DNA of 64,000 bases from an uncultured delta proteobacterium (GCA_963806225.1 CAWDXG010000004.1:480001-544000), one strand, 5' to 3'; counted from the first letter of the stretch, positions 20,738 through 32,167 are shown. Program-made: numbers and translations. Notes: generated by a model not told the origin, from the sequence alone.

Positions 20738-21628
20738 ATGCCGCCCCACGACGCCGATCAGATGTCCATGGCCCTGCCCAAGCCGGGCAAGGGCCTGATG
20801 GGCGTGCTGGTCGCGCTGCTCGCCATCTGGCTGATGTTCGCGCTGGCGATCAACTGGGGCGGCGCCGGCGCGGGCCTCTTCGACCTGTTCTGCGGCAACA
20901 ACGCCGCCATCCTGCACGGGCAGATATGGCGCCTCGTCACCGCGCCGCTGATGCACATGCCCAGCGGCAGCATCGGCCACATCATCTTCGCCCTGCTCGG
21001 CCTGTACTTCCTGTCGCCGAGCCTCGAGGAGACGTGGGGCACGCCGCGCTTCTTGCGCTTCCTGCTCTTCAGCGGCGTGCTCGCCTACGCGCTCCAGATG
21101 CTGGTGGTGATCGTGATCCCGTCGGCAGCGAAGCTCGTGCCCTACTACTGGTTCGGCGCCATGCCCGTTGTGGAGGCCGTCGCCATCGCGTGGGCGATGA
21201 GCTTCAGGGGCCAGACCGTGAACCTGATGTTCATCCTGCCCATCTCCTCCACCTGGCTGATCGTGTTCGTGATCGCCGTCAGCGTGCTGCGCGTGATCGC
21301 CCTGTCCCATGCGCCCGAGGGCCTGCTCTCGCCCTTCGGCGGCATGTTCGCCGGCTGGCTGCTCGGCGGCGGCACCCCCTCTCCGCTGCGCCGCTTCTAC
21401 CTGCGCTTCAAGCTCGGCCAGCTCGAGAAGAAAGTCGAACGCGAAACCGAGCGCACCCGCACCGCTCGCAAGCAGCGCGTCCAACGCTCCGGCTTCAAGG
21501 TCATCGAAGGCGGCAGCTCCCCCGACAACGACGACGAGCCCCCCTCCGGCCCCCGCGGCGGCAACGGCAACGGCAACGGCCATGGCGGCAACGGACAGAC
21601 CGGCCCGAACGGCCGCTGGCTGAACTAG
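20738..21628 (+). CDS. rhomboid-family membrane protein, probably catalytically inactive
   Basis: GQIWRLVTAPLMH, HIIFALLGLYF..LEETWG; no GxSG and no AHxGG. Confidence 0.8.
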   Translation: MPPHDADQMSMALPKPGKGLMGVLVALLAIWLMFALAINWGGAGAGLFDLFCGNNAAILHGQIWRLVTAPLMHMPSGSIGHIIFALLGLYFLSPSLEETWGTPRFLRFLLFSGVLAYALQMLVVIVIPSAAKLVPYYWFGAMPVVEAVAIAWAMSFRGQTVNLMFILPISSTWLIVFVIAVSVLRVIALSHAPEGLLSPFGGMFAGWLLGGGTPSPLRRFYLRFKLGQLEKKVERETERTRTARKQRVQRSGFKVIEGGSSPDNDDEPPSGPRGGNGNGNGHGGNGQTGPNGRWLN

Positions 21629-21982
21629 CCTCCAGGAGTGCAGGGTTGCCCCGCGCGCGCGGCGGCGATGGCGCGGTCGGCGTGCTCGCCCTCCGGGCTC
21701 CGCGCGCCGGGGCCCCCAAGCGCGGCGCCCCGCGCCGCGCGGGGCCCCAACCCCACCCCGCGACGTGCCCGCGCAGCGCGCGCGCGGCGCGCGGCGCGCG
21801 TTCTTGCCTCCGAGCTCCGGCTTGGCGCCCTTTTCAGGCGCCTCGCGCGCGTTTTCGCCTCCGAGCTCCGGCGTGGAGCGCTCCCCCGAGCGCGCAGCGG
21901 GCCAAAGCGTGGCAATATGCCACGTAAAGCGCGCCAATATGGTGCATTTATGCACACTCCGCGCGTGTAGTGTGGCAATTCG

Positions 21983-23434
21983 CTATAGTATCGGCGATAC
22001 GAGGCGCGCGGCGCCTTCGCCGACCTTGGCGATCCAGCGACGGCTGCGCCACTCGTCGATGTCGATGCGGAACGACGCGGCGAGGTCGCGCTCGAAGCTC
22101 TGCTCGAGCGCGTCGGCGACGACCTGGTCGTGGAGCAGCGTGTGCACCTCGAAGTTCAGGCGGAAGCTGCGTAGATCCATGTTCGCGCTGCCGACCAGCG
22201 CGACGTGCGCGTCGACCAGCATCGTCTTGGCGTGGATCATCGCCGGCTCGTATTCGTAGATGCCGACGCCGGCCTCGAGCAGCTCGGCGTACCAACTGCG
22301 TCCGGCCCAATGGGTCACCTTGTGGTTGCTGCGGCGTGGAAGGATGATCTTCACGTCCACGCCGCGCAGCGCGGCGGTCTCGAGCGCGACCGTCAACGAG
22401 CGGTCGGGGACGAAATACGGGGTGGTGATCCACACGCGGCGCTGGGCGCTGACGATGGCGATGAAGAAGGTGCGGTGGATGGCTTCGATGGGGTTGTCGG
22501 GGCCGCTGGGCACCACGGCGATGTTGGCGTCGCCCGCGGGCTCCGGCGCGGGGAAGAAGCGCTCCTCCACTTGGCTTTGACCGGTCATGAAGTGCCAGTC
22601 GCGCAGGAACACGCTGGTCAGCGACGCGACGGCCGGCCCCTGGATGCCGACGTGCGTGTCGCGCCAGGCCGGCTGGTGGCGCGAGCCGGCGGTGTACTCG
22701 TCGCCGATGTTGACGCCGCCCGTGAAGGCGACGTGTCCGTCGACCACCAGCACCTTGCGGTGGTTGCGCAGGTTCATCGGCAGCCGCAGCGCCTGGCTGA
22801 GCGGCAGGAACTCGACGACCTGGGCCCCGGCGCGCCGCAGCGGCGCGTACCAGCGCTTCGGGATCCAGAAACAGCCGTACGCATCCACGAGCAGGCGCAC
22901 CTCGACGCCGCGCTGGGCCGCGGCGACGAGCTTGTCGCGAAAGCGCCGCCCCGTTTCGTCGTCGCGGATCAGGTACGACTCGACGAGCACGCTGCTCTCC
23001 GCTTCGTCGATGGCGCGTTCCATCGCCGCGACGGCGGATTGGCCGTCGGCGAAGAGCTCGACAGAGTTGTCGTGCGTGAGCTCCGTCGTGATACCGAGCC
23101 CGGCACACACGCGGAAGATGCGGCGCGCGGTCGCGCCCAGTCCGCCCAGCTCCTGCTCGATGTCGAGACGCGAGGGGCGTCCGCGCGCAGCACGCAGGCG
23201 CGCGGTCAGCACGCTGTCCGCGGCGCGCTTGCGCCGTGCAGGCCAGCGCAGCCGATCGCGCCCGTGGAGCAGAAAGAGCGCCGCGCCGACACCAGGCAGG
23301 AACAGGAGCGCCAGGATCCAGGCGATGGTGCTGGCCGGATCGCGGCGGCGGAGCAGCACCAGCGGCACCAGGGCGAGTGCGAAAACCTCGACTGCCACGC
23401 CGACGTAAGGCAGGAGCTGTTCCCACAGGCCCAT
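21983..23434 (-). CDS. cls: cardiolipin synthase
   Basis: two PLD motifs RNHRKVLVVDG and HAKTMLVD; GSANMDLRSFRLNFE; N-terminal TM hairpin. Confidence 0.92.
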   Translation of the reverse strand: MGLWEQLLPYVGVAVEVFALALVPLVLLRRRDPASTIAWILALLFLPGVGAALFLLHGRDRLRWPARRKRAADSVLTARLRAARGRPSRLDIEQELGGLGATARRIFRVCAGLGITTELTHDNSVELFADGQSAVAAMERAIDEAESSVLVESYLIRDDETGRRFRDKLVAAAQRGVEVRLLVDAYGCFWIPKRWYAPLRRAGAQVVEFLPLSQALRLPMNLRNHRKVLVVDGHVAFTGGVNIGDEYTAGSRHQPAWRDTHVGIQGPAVASLTSVFLRDWHFMTGQSQVEERFFPAPEPAGDANIAVVPSGPDNPIEAIHRTFFIAIVSAQRRVWITTPYFVPDRSLTVALETAALRGVDVKIILPRRSNHKVTHWAGRSWYAELLEAGVGIYEYEPAMIHAKTMLVDAHVALVGSANMDLRSFRLNFEVHTLLHDQVVADALEQSFERDLAASFRIDIDEWRSRRWIAKVGEGAARLVSPIL

Positions 23435-23553
23435 CGTCCGCGAAGGTAGCCATGGCCGGCCCCGCCCGCCCATCCCGTTGTGACAACGGCTGGAAATCAC
23501 GGGCTTTGGCGGACGGCGCACGGCGGGGCCGGGATTCGTGCTAGGAGGCGGCC

Positions 23554-24108
23554 ATGCGCGAGCTGCTCGATGCGGACAGTGTGTCGCGCGGCCTGCGTCG
23601 CGTCGCCGGCGAGATCATCGAACGGGCGCGCGGCGTCGAGGGGCTGGTGCTGGTCGGCGTGCGCCGCGGTGGCATTCCGGTGGCGCGCGAGCTGGCGCGC
23701 TGGATCAACGAGCTCGAGGGGCACGATGTCCCGGTCGGCAGCGTCGACATCACGCTCTACCGGGACGACGCCGCCACAGCACTACCGAATCCTCGCATCG
23801 GCCCGAGCGAAATCCCCTGCGCGCTCGAAGGCCGGCACGTCGTGCTCGTGGACGACGTGGTGTTCACGGGCCGCACGGTGCGCGCCGCCATCGACGCGCT
23901 CATGGACTACGGCAGGCCGCGACGCATCGAGCTGGCCGCCGTGGTCGATCGCGGCGGCCGCGAGCTGCCCCTGCAGCCGGACTACGTGGTGAAGGCGGTG
24001 GAAGTCGGACCGGATACGCGCGTGGACGTGATCGAGGACAGCGCAGGGCTGCACGCATTCGTGCAGCCGATGAGCGCCCCGTCGGTGCCGCCTGGAGAGA
24101 GCACATGA
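23554..24108 (+). CDS. pyrR: pyrimidine regulator / uracil phosphoribosyltransferase PyrR
   Basis: [38 protein letters not shown]. Confidence 0.93.
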   Translation: MRELLDADSVSRGLRRVAGEIIERARGVEGLVLVGVRRGGIPVARELARWINELEGHDVPVGSVDITLYRDDAATALPNPRIGPSEIPCALEGRHVVLVDDVVFTGRTVRAAIDALMDYGRPRRIELAAVVDRGGRELPLQPDYVVKAVEVGPDTRVDVIEDSAGLHAFVQPMSAPSVPPGEST

Positions 24109-25043
24109 GCGAGCCGCAGCTGAAACACCTGCTCGGCATCGAGGGCATGGATCGCGAAACGGCGCTGCGCATCCTCGATACCTCGGCGGCGTTCCTCGAG
24201 ATCACCCGGCGCCCGGTGCGCAAGGTCCCGACGCTGCGCGGCAAGACCATCATCAACATGTTCTACGAGGCGTCGACGCGCACGCGCACCTCGTTCGAGC
24301 TCGCGGGCAAACGCCTCAGCGCCGATGTCGTCAACTTCGGCGGCTCGTCGACCAGCGTGAGCAAGGGCGAGACGCTGCGCGATACGGCCGCCACGCTCGA
24401 CGCCATGCACGCGGACGTGATCGTGATTCGCCACCGCGCATCTGGCGCCGCGCAGTACCTGGCCGACCGCACGCGCGCCGGCATCGTGAACGCGGGCGAC
24501 GGCATGCACGAGCATCCGACGCAGGCGCTGCTCGACGCGTTCACGATCCGCCAGCACAAGCCGTCGCTCGACGGCCTCACCGTGGCCATCTGCGGCGACA
24601 TCGCACACAGCCGCGTGGCGCGCTCGAACGCGCTCTTGCTGCCGCTGCTCGGCGCCAAGGTACGCCTCGCCGGCCCGCGCACCATGCTGCCGCCTTTCCC
24701 GGAGGCACTCGGCTGCGAGGTGTACGACAGGCTCGAGCCGGCCATCGAAGGCGCCGACGTGGTGATGATGTTGCGCATCCAGCTCGAGCGCATGAAGGGC
24801 GCGTCGTTCTCGACACTGCGCGAGTACTCGCGTGTGTTCGGGCTGACCCGCGAGCGGCTCGAGCGCTCGAAGCCGGACGCCATCGTGATGCATCCCGGTC
24901 CGATGAACCGCGGCGTGGAAATCGCCGAGGACGTGGCGGACGGACCGCGCAGCGTCGTGCTCGAACAGGTGGAGTCCGGCGTCGCCGTGCGCATGGCCGT
25001 CCTCTACCTCTGCGCCAGCGAGCCCGGCCAGAGCCGCGAGTAG
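24105..25043 (+). CDS. pyrB: aspartate carbamoyltransferase catalytic subunit
   Basis: [41 protein letters not shown]. Confidence 0.95.
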   Translation: MSEPQLKHLLGIEGMDRETALRILDTSAAFLEITRRPVRKVPTLRGKTIINMFYEASTRTRTSFELAGKRLSADVVNFGGSSTSVSKGETLRDTAATLDAMHADVIVIRHRASGAAQYLADRTRAGIVNAGDGMHEHPTQALLDAFTIRQHKPSLDGLTVAICGDIAHSRVARSNALLLPLLGAKVRLAGPRTMLPPFPEALGCEVYDRLEPAIEGADVVMMLRIQLERMKGASFSTLREYSRVFGLTRERLERSKPDAIVMHPGPMNRGVEIAEDVADGPRSVVLEQVESGVAVRMAVLYLCASEPGQSRE

Positions 25044-25326
25044 CGCTACCTTTGTTGGGGGTGCCCCGCGCACCGTGCCGCGTGGCCCGGCGCGGCGTGC
25101 TCGCCTGCGGCGGCGCGCGCCCGGCCGGGGGCCCACCAAGGCCGGGCGCGCGCCCGGCCGGGGGCCCATCGTGCATGCGCGGGGTTGTGGGCCCGTGCGC
25201 GGCGCAGCCGCGCGCCGGGGACCACCTGCGGCGCGCAGCCCAGAGGGCGAGCACCGCAGGACGCGGCGCGACGCGCAATGCGGAGGGCATCCCCATGGAA
25301 TACGCTACACCCAGCGCGCGCTCCGG

Positions 25327-26193
25327 CTATCCCGGCGCGATGTCGACCTGGTGCACGGCGAGCGCCTCGTGCCCGAGGAAGCGGCTGGAGACCATCTGGA
25401 AGCTCTGGGGCAGATCGGTAACGAGCAGCTCGAGCCGCGCGCCCGGCGCGCCGCCCGGCGCGGGCGGAATGCGGCCCTCGGCGAGCAGTGCGGCCACGGC
25501 CTGGGCCGTCGCGTGGGCGCTGTCCACGACCGGAACGGCGTGCCCCGCGATCTGCGCCGCGACGCGCGCGATGGTGTCGTAGAGCAGCGGGTAGTGCGTG
25601 CAGCCGAGCACGATGACGCCGGCGCCGGCTTCGAGCAGAGGCTCGAGGTAGCGACGGACGGCGAGCTCCGGCACCTGGCCGTCGAGCCAGCCTTCCTCGA
25701 CCAGCGGAACGAGCAGCGGTGCGGGCTCGGCGACGACCTCGTGGCGCGTCGACAGGCGCCCTACCGCCCGCGGATACGCGCCCGAAGCGATCGTGCCGGC
25801 GGTGCCGAGCACGCCGATGCGCGGCAGCGCGCCCTGTTCGGCCGCAAGCTGGTCCGCCGCTGCCACGCCCGCGCCAGCGCCGGGGTCGACCACGCCCACC
25901 ACGGGCACGTCGAGCTCGGCGCGCAGCATGTCGAGCGCCACGGCGCTCACCGTGTTGCACGCCACGATCAGCGCCTTGATGCCGCGCTCGGTGAGCACGC
26001 GGGCGGAGCCGCGCGCGTAGCGGATCACCGTCTCGGCGGAGCGCGTGCCGTAGGGCACGCGTGCGGTGTCGCCGAGGTAGAGGATGCGTTCTTCCGGCAG
26101 CGCCTGCATCAGCGCGCGCACCACCGTCAGGCCGCCCAGGCCCGAGTCGAAGACCCCGAGCGGCGCTTGTGGATCAAGCCCGGGGGCGGCCAC
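25327..26193 (-). CDS. murI: glutamate racemase
   Basis: FDSGLGGLTV, GDTARVPYG, VACNT, LGCTHYP. Confidence 0.95.
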   Translation of the reverse strand: MAAPGLDPQAPLGVFDSGLGGLTVVRALMQALPEERILYLGDTARVPYGTRSAETVIRYARGSARVLTERGIKALIVACNTVSAVALDMLRAELDVPVVGVVDPGAGAGVAAADQLAAEQGALPRIGVLGTAGTIASGAYPRAVGRLSTRHEVVAEPAPLLVPLVEEGWLDGQVPELAVRRYLEPLLEAGAGVIVLGCTHYPLLYDTIARVAAQIAGHAVPVVDSAHATAQAVAALLAEGRIPPAPGGAPGARLELLVTDLPQSFQMVSSRFLGHEALAVHQVDIAPG

Positions 26194-27507
26194 TCACACG
26201 TCCTCGATGCGGATGAGCCGGGGCGGCCCCTTCATGAAGTGTTCGCTCGCGATACTGTCGAGCGCGGTGCGCACGGCGCCCTCGTGTGCCGCGTGCGTGA
26301 TGATCAACACGGGCACCGCGTCCCCCGCCGCCTCGGCGCGCCCCTCCTGCACCATCTGCTCGATGCTGACGCGCTGCTGGCCGAGCGCGCCGGCAATCGC
26401 GGCGAGCACGCCCGGGTGATCCTCCACGTCGAAGCGCAGGTAGTAGCGCGCCTCGATGCTGGAGAGCGGCTCCAGCGGGCGCTCGGTCAGCTGGATGCCA
26501 CGCGTGGCGAGGCCCTGCTCGCCCTCCAGCCGGGAGCGGGCCACGTCGACGATGTCGGCCACCACGCTGACGGCCGTCGGCATATCGCCAGCGCCGCGCC
26601 CGACCAGCAGGCACGGCCCGAGCGCGCGGCCCATGATGAACACGCCGTTGAGCACACCGTCGATGTTGGCCAGCACGCTCCCCTTCTTGATCAGCGCGGG
26701 ATGCACCCTGAGCGCGATGCGGTCTCCCAGATCGTGCCCGATGGCGAGGTGCTTGATGGTGTAGCCGAAGCGCTCGGCGAAGCGGAAATCGAGCTGGTCG
26801 ATGGCGCGGATCCCCTCGACGGGCACGGCAGACGGGTCCACGCGCGCGCCGAAGGCGAGCATGCTCATCACCACGAGCTTCTGCGCGGCGTCGTGGCCGT
26901 CCACGTCGAGCGAGGGGTCGGCTTCGGCGTAGCCGAGGCGCTGCGCATCGGCGAGCACTTCGTCGAAGGGCAAGCCCTCGTCGCGCATGCGCGTCAGGAT
27001 GTAGTTGCAGGTGCCGTTGAGGATGGCGTGCACGCTCTCCACCCAGTCGCTGGTGAGCGCTTCGCGCAGCGTGCGGATGACCGGAATACCGCCGCCCACG
27101 GAGGCCTCGAACGCCAGATCGATGCCGGCAGCGCTGGCCTTCTCCACGAGCTCGGGGCCGTGCTTGGCGATCAGGAACTTGTTGGCGGTCACCACGCCCT
27201 TGCCCTCGGCGATGGCGCGCTCGATGTAGCTCCGTGCGGGGTTTTCCCCGCCCATCACCTCGACGACGAGATCGAGATCGCCGCCGAAGACGTCGTCGGG
27301 GTTCGTCGTCAGCCACTCGCGACGGCATTCGGGCACCCGATCCTTCTCGACGTCGCGCACCAGCACGTGGCGGATCTCCAGCGGCGCGCCGACGCGCGAC
27401 GCGAGATACTCGGCGTTGTCGTTGATCAGACGGATAACGCCGCCGCCCACCGTGCCGCAACCGAGCAGGCCGATTCTGACAGGAAACTTGACGCGCTCGC
27501 GACTCAC
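26194..27507 (-). CDS. hom: homoserine dehydrogenase with ACT domain
   Basis: GCGTVGGG, VVTANK, FEASVGGGIP, NGTCNYIL, GYAEADP, C-terminal DHPGVLA. Confidence 0.95.
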   Translation of the reverse strand: MSRERVKFPVRIGLLGCGTVGGGVIRLINDNAEYLASRVGAPLEIRHVLVRDVEKDRVPECRREWLTTNPDDVFGGDLDLVVEVMGGENPARSYIERAIAEGKGVVTANKFLIAKHGPELVEKASAAGIDLAFEASVGGGIPVIRTLREALTSDWVESVHAILNGTCNYILTRMRDEGLPFDEVLADAQRLGYAEADPSLDVDGHDAAQKLVVMSMLAFGARVDPSAVPVEGIRAIDQLDFRFAERFGYTIKHLAIGHDLGDRIALRVHPALIKKGSVLANIDGVLNGVFIMGRALGPCLLVGRGAGDMPTAVSVVADIVDVARSRLEGEQGLATRGIQLTERPLEPLSSIEARYYLRFDVEDHPGVLAAIAGALGQQRVSIEQMVQEGRAEAAGDAVPVLIITHAAHEGAVRTALDSIASEHFMKGPPRLIRIEDV

Positions 27508-30237
27508 CGCTTGCCCTCCAGCCACTTGTCCACCCCGGCGCCCTGGCTCGCGCGGAGCGCGACGCACTGCTCACCCGCCTCCACGGCCTGTTTGAAATCG
27601 CGGTCCGCGCCCTCGATGTCCTTCGCACTCGACGCGAAGAAGGCCTGCGCCTTCTGGATCTGCGGGCGGTCGCAGAAATACGACAGCACGCCGACCAGCC
27701 GTCCGATGACGAACGAGGGCACGCGCTTCTTCAGCTCCTCGAAGTGTCTCGTCATCCACCAGTACGCGAGATCGCGCGTCGCGCGCCGCTCGAACAACGG
27801 TCGGAAGACGTAGCGCAGGTCCTGGGTCTTGATGGTGCCATCGAGCGTGAGCGCGAGCACCTGGACCGCCAGTTTCGGGTTGTCGAAGCCGGTCAGGCCA
27901 CCAAGCGCAATCAGCCGCTGTTCCGGAGTCCCGGCCGAAACGAGCCTCTTCTTCAATGCGTCGAACAAGAGGACGTCGCCGTGGCGCGCGTACAGCGGCA
28001 CCGCCACCGCCGCGCTGTCCGCATCCACGGAGTCGGGCGCTTCGAGCCACGCCTTGGCCACCGCGGCCGCCTGCCGCTGTGTCCACTTGTCGCTGCCCAG
28101 ATCACCGATCGTGGAGAGCACGTCGCGGCGCAGGAGCGCGTCACCGTCGGGCTCGTGCGGCTTCGGTTTGAAGCCAAGGCGCCGCGCGGTCGGACCGAGC
28201 AGACGATCGACATAGCGAGCGAACGCCGGCTTCGCCTTGTCGTCGACCAGCTTGCGATGGACCAGGCGCAGCGTGGCGGTGACCTGCTGGATCACGGCGC
28301 GGTCGCGCTCGCGGCGCATCAGCGTCTCGAGCGCGCCCAGAAGCTCCGGCGCGGGCAGCGCGCCGCTATCCACCATCGCCCACGCGTTGCCGACGAGCCC
28401 GATGCGCTCGGTCGGTGTCAGATCGCGCTGGGCGCTCCCGGCGAGCTGCTGGAGCTGCTTGGCTGTGAGCGCCGAGCGATAGTAGCCGCCCTCGCCGGCA
28501 TTCGGGTAGACGAGGCCGGGGCACCCCTTCGTCTCGAGTGCGAGCTTGCCCTGCTTGCCGTCGAGCACCGTGCACTGGGTCCGGTGCTTGCCGGCCGCCG
28601 GATAGCTGACGCACACCGGGATCTTCCAGCTGCGCTGCCTATCGGGCGGCTGGGTGCCGAACGCGCGGTACTGCTGCTGCCCGAGAGCCAGCACGGGCTT
28701 CTTGTCCTTGCAGTCCAGCGTGGCGGTGACGAGCGGGACGCCCTTCTGGTCGAGGAAGGTGTCCATGACCGACGCCACGTTCTTGCCGCTCGCCTCGCCC
28801 AGCGCCTTGAACAGGTCGGAGGCCGTCGCATTGCCGAAGCGGTGGGCCTTGACGTAGGCGCGGATCCCCTGCTGGAACTTGTCGGGTCCGAGCCAGCTCT
28901 CCACCATGTCGAGCACGCTCATGCCCTTGACGTAGGTGATGTCGTCGAACGCCTCGAGCGCCTCGCTGGTGCTGCGAACGGGCTGGCGGATCTTGCGGGC
29001 GCTGCCCAGCGCATCCTCGCCCATCACCCAGCTCTTTTCGACGATCTGCCGCTCGTGCGCGCCGAAACCGGGCTGGATCTCGTCGGAGATCTTCGCGCCC
29101 ATCCAGCTGGCGAAGCCTTCGTTGAGCCACAGGTCGTTCCACCAGGCCATGGTGACCAGAATCGCCGAACCACTGGTGCGAGAACTCGTGCGCCATCACG
29201 CCGAGCTCCGCGCGGCGCGCGCGCACCGAGGCGTGCGTGGGGTCGAGCAGCAGGAGCTCCTCGCGGAAGGTGACGAAGCCGGCGTTCTCCATCGCACCCG
29301 CGCCGAAATTCGGCACGGCGACGATGTCCATCTTCTTGTACGGGTAGGGCTGGTCGAAATATTTCGCGAGCGCGTCGAGGATCTCCGGAGCCAGTGCGAG
29401 CGCCATCTTGCCGAGCTTGGCCTTGCCCTTGACCGTGATGAGCCGGATCGGTACCGGCTTCTTCGCGCCCTCGAGCACGTCGAACGGGCCGACGCCCATC
29501 GCCACCAGATAGGTCGGCAGCGGCTTCGACTTCTCGAATGTGTAGGTGACGGTGCCGTCGGGATTGTCCACGCGCTTGTCCACCGGCGTGTTCGACAGCG
29601 CGCGGTCGGCCTTCGGCACGGTGAGATCGAGCGAGAACGGCGTCTTGAAGCCCGGCTCGTCGAAGCAGGGAAACGCGCGCCGCGCGTCGTTGGGCTCGAA
29701 CTGCGTGTAGGCGTAGTCATCGCCGGCATCGTGGACCCGGTACAGCCCGCGGAGGCCTGTGCCGAACGGAGCCTTGTAGTGGATGTCGATGCTCGCGGCT
29801 CCGGGCGCCAGCTCCTCGGGTAGCATGAGCACGAGCTCCTCCGGGGCTTCCCTGCCGTGAGCGGCCATGCGCGAGAGCGGCCGCGCCTTCATGTGCCGGC
29901 CGCCGCCAACGACATCGGCAGACTCGATCTCGAGCTTGCGGGCGTGCATCACGATCGCGTGCGTGGGCTTTGCGACCTGGATGCCGATCCGGACGTGGCC
30001 CTCGAAGCTGTCCTTGGCCGGATCCACGTGCAGCGACAGTTGGTAGCCCGTCGGGCGCACACCTGACGGCAGCCGTCCGTCGTCGCGCGGCGGCGGAGGC
30101 TCGGCGCGGGCGGTGGCCGCGACCGTGGGCGCTGGGCTCGCCGCAGGCTTGACCGCGGGCGGCGGCGCGGCGCAGGAACCAGCTGCGGCGGCGCACGCCA
30201 GCAGCGCGGAAACACGAAGAAGTCGAGGCCGTTGCAT
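27504..30237 (-). CDS. M1 family aminopeptidase (lipoprotein-like N-terminus), frameshift near 29160
   Basis: TQFEP..ARRAFPCFDEP, GAMEN, HEFSHQWFG, then WWNDLWLNEGFA in the next frame; ERAP1-like C-terminus. Confidence 0.92.
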
Positions 30238-30340
30238 GCGGCGCGCACACTTGCGCGAGCCGGGGAGGCGGTCAAGAGCCGCCGTTGGTGGGTTCGGGGC
30301 CGCCAACGCGCTGCCCCGGGTGGTCGACGGGAAGGCCGCT

Positions 30341-32014
30341 TCAGATCGGGCTCGGGCCGCCCAGGCCCGGTTCCAGCGCGCTGACCGCACCGGACGAAAG
30401 CAGGTGCCTCTCCAGCCATTCGAGGCGCGGCCGGATGCGCGTCTTGATGCTGCGGAGCGGCGCCGAGCGCATCACGTTGTCCCAGGCACGCAGGCGCGGG
30501 CGTCCCGAGTTTCCCGCGAGCAGGATCGGCATTCCCGTGATCGGATCGGATTCGACCACATAGAACGAGTGGTAGTGCATCTTGCCGTCGCTACGCGGAC
30601 CGTAGATGGCGACGATGTCACCCGGGATGTAGCGGTCGCGGTGGGCGTAGATCTGCCCGTAGAAGTCGTCGCGGTGGATGAACGCCGGGCGTTCGTCCTG
30701 TGCCAGGTCGTAGACGTCGAACCACTGGGGGTGCGCCCACGCGAAGCGGATGAAGCGCTCGACGCTGCGGCGGTTGTCGATACCCAGCACGTTGAAGTCG
30801 AGACGGCCCTCCACGCGCTCGCGCGGGCTGTCGTCGCTCTTCCACCAGGTACCGCTGGCGCGCTCCAGCGTGTCGGTGATGAAATCGATGCAGACCTCGG
30901 GAGGGATAGGGCGCCCTTCCCTGTCGAATACGTGGTAGCGATCGTCGTTGAACTTGTAGAGCGTCATGCCGAGCTTGTAGGCCCAGCGCCATGCCGGTCT
31001 CAGGTTGCCGTCCTGCTGTCCGTGCTCCGTCTTCGGTTCGTCGAAGGGGATCCGCTCGTGGACGAGCTTCTCGATGGCGCCGCGTTCGGCTGCCACCACG
31101 CGCCGGTGAGCGAGAGCATTGTCGCGCGCGGCGCTCACGCGTGCTTCGAGCTTCGGCGGCACGAGCTCGCAGCCCAGCGTCACCTTCGCGCCGCTCGTGC
31201 GCAACAGCGCGGGCACCCAGGTGCCGCCGTAACGCAGCTGGGCTACGATAGAGTCGGACGTGATGCGCTCGACGCGGATGCGTGTGGAACCGCGACGCGC
31301 AGCAACCGCGGAAAGCTCGCGGTGCAGCGGCGGTCCGGGCGGATGTCCCTTCACCCAGACGCGATCGAAGAGCAGAAGCCGCGCCCGCCGCCCGCGGTCG
31401 GGACCGTCGCTGTAGCGATACCAGTAGCCGTGGCTCTTTACGGCGTGCAGGAGCGTGCTGCCGCGCTGGATCACGAGCTCCCCTGCCCGGAACAGGTGGC
31501 GGAGCTCGACCGCATCGACGAGCGCCGACGCCATCGCCGGCGAGTCGGCGTACAGGTACCCCTCGCGCAAGAGGACGCTGCGGGCCAGCTCCGGGCGGTG
31601 CTCGAAGTGGTCGTACAGATGGTGCAGCGTGTACGCGGGCGACGAGCTCCGCTCGAGCTCGCCCCGCAGCAGCCGCGATTCCAGCGTCGCATCCGGGTCG
31701 GGATGCGGCGCGCGGACGAACAGCACCGGGTACGATTTCGCGCGGGCGAGGATTTCCGCGCGCTTCCTGCCGGCGGCGAGCGCTCCGGGTAGCGCCGGCT
31801 TGCGACGCGCGCGGGCGATCGCCGCCTCGCAGCGCGCGCGCGCGGACTCCTGCGCTGTCCGGTTGGGTCCAGCTCGCCGTGTGCGAGCGGAGTGCACCTC
31901 TGCCGACGGCACCGGAGGCGCCAGAAACACCCCGCGGTACGGGTGCTTGCCCGCCGCGGGCGCATTGCAGCCCGCGAGCAGCATCAGGGTCGCTAGAACG
32001 CTGGAAAGCCGCAC
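30341..32014 (-). CDS. hypothetical lipoprotein with C-terminal NlpC/P60- or DUF1287-like domain
   Basis: lipobox LAGC; EVCIDFI, IDNRRSV, YIPGDIV, HYHSFYV. Confidence 0.6.
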   Translation of the reverse strand: MRLSSVLATLMLLAGCNAPAAGKHPYRGVFLAPPVPSAEVHSARTRRAGPNRTAQESARARCEAAIARARRKPALPGALAAGRKRAEILARAKSYPVLFVRAPHPDPDATLESRLLRGELERSSSPAYTLHHLYDHFEHRPELARSVLLREGYLYADSPAMASALVDAVELRHLFRAGELVIQRGSTLLHAVKSHGYWYRYSDGPDRGRRARLLLFDRVWVKGHPPGPPLHRELSAVAARRGSTRIRVERITSDSIVAQLRYGGTWVPALLRTSGAKVTLGCELVPPKLEARVSAARDNALAHRRVVAAERGAIEKLVHERIPFDEPKTEHGQQDGNLRPAWRWAYKLGMTLYKFNDDRYHVFDREGRPIPPEVCIDFITDTLERASGTWWKSDDSPRERVEGRLDFNVLGIDNRRSVERFIRFAWAHPQWFDVYDLAQDERPAFIHRDDFYGQIYAHRDRYIPGDIVAIYGPRSDGKMHYHSFYVVESDPITGMPILLAGNSGRPRLRAWDNVMRSAPLRSIKTRIRPRLEWLERHLLSSGAVSALEPGLGGPSPI

Positions 32015-32167
32015 AACAGATCGAGGACGATAGACCCGGAGCACAGCCGCCGACAACGCAGGACCCGGTCGGTGGACCGGAATTTTTCCAACCGGCGGGC
32101 TGCGGCTCCCGATAAGCTCGCCTGGACCCGCGCAGCCCAGCGCGCGGCACGGACAAGGAGACGGGAA

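Noticed and set aside
23435..23553. PyrR attenuator leader
   Set aside because: Short divergent intergenic region with no recognisable PyrR-binding loop or U-tract terminator.
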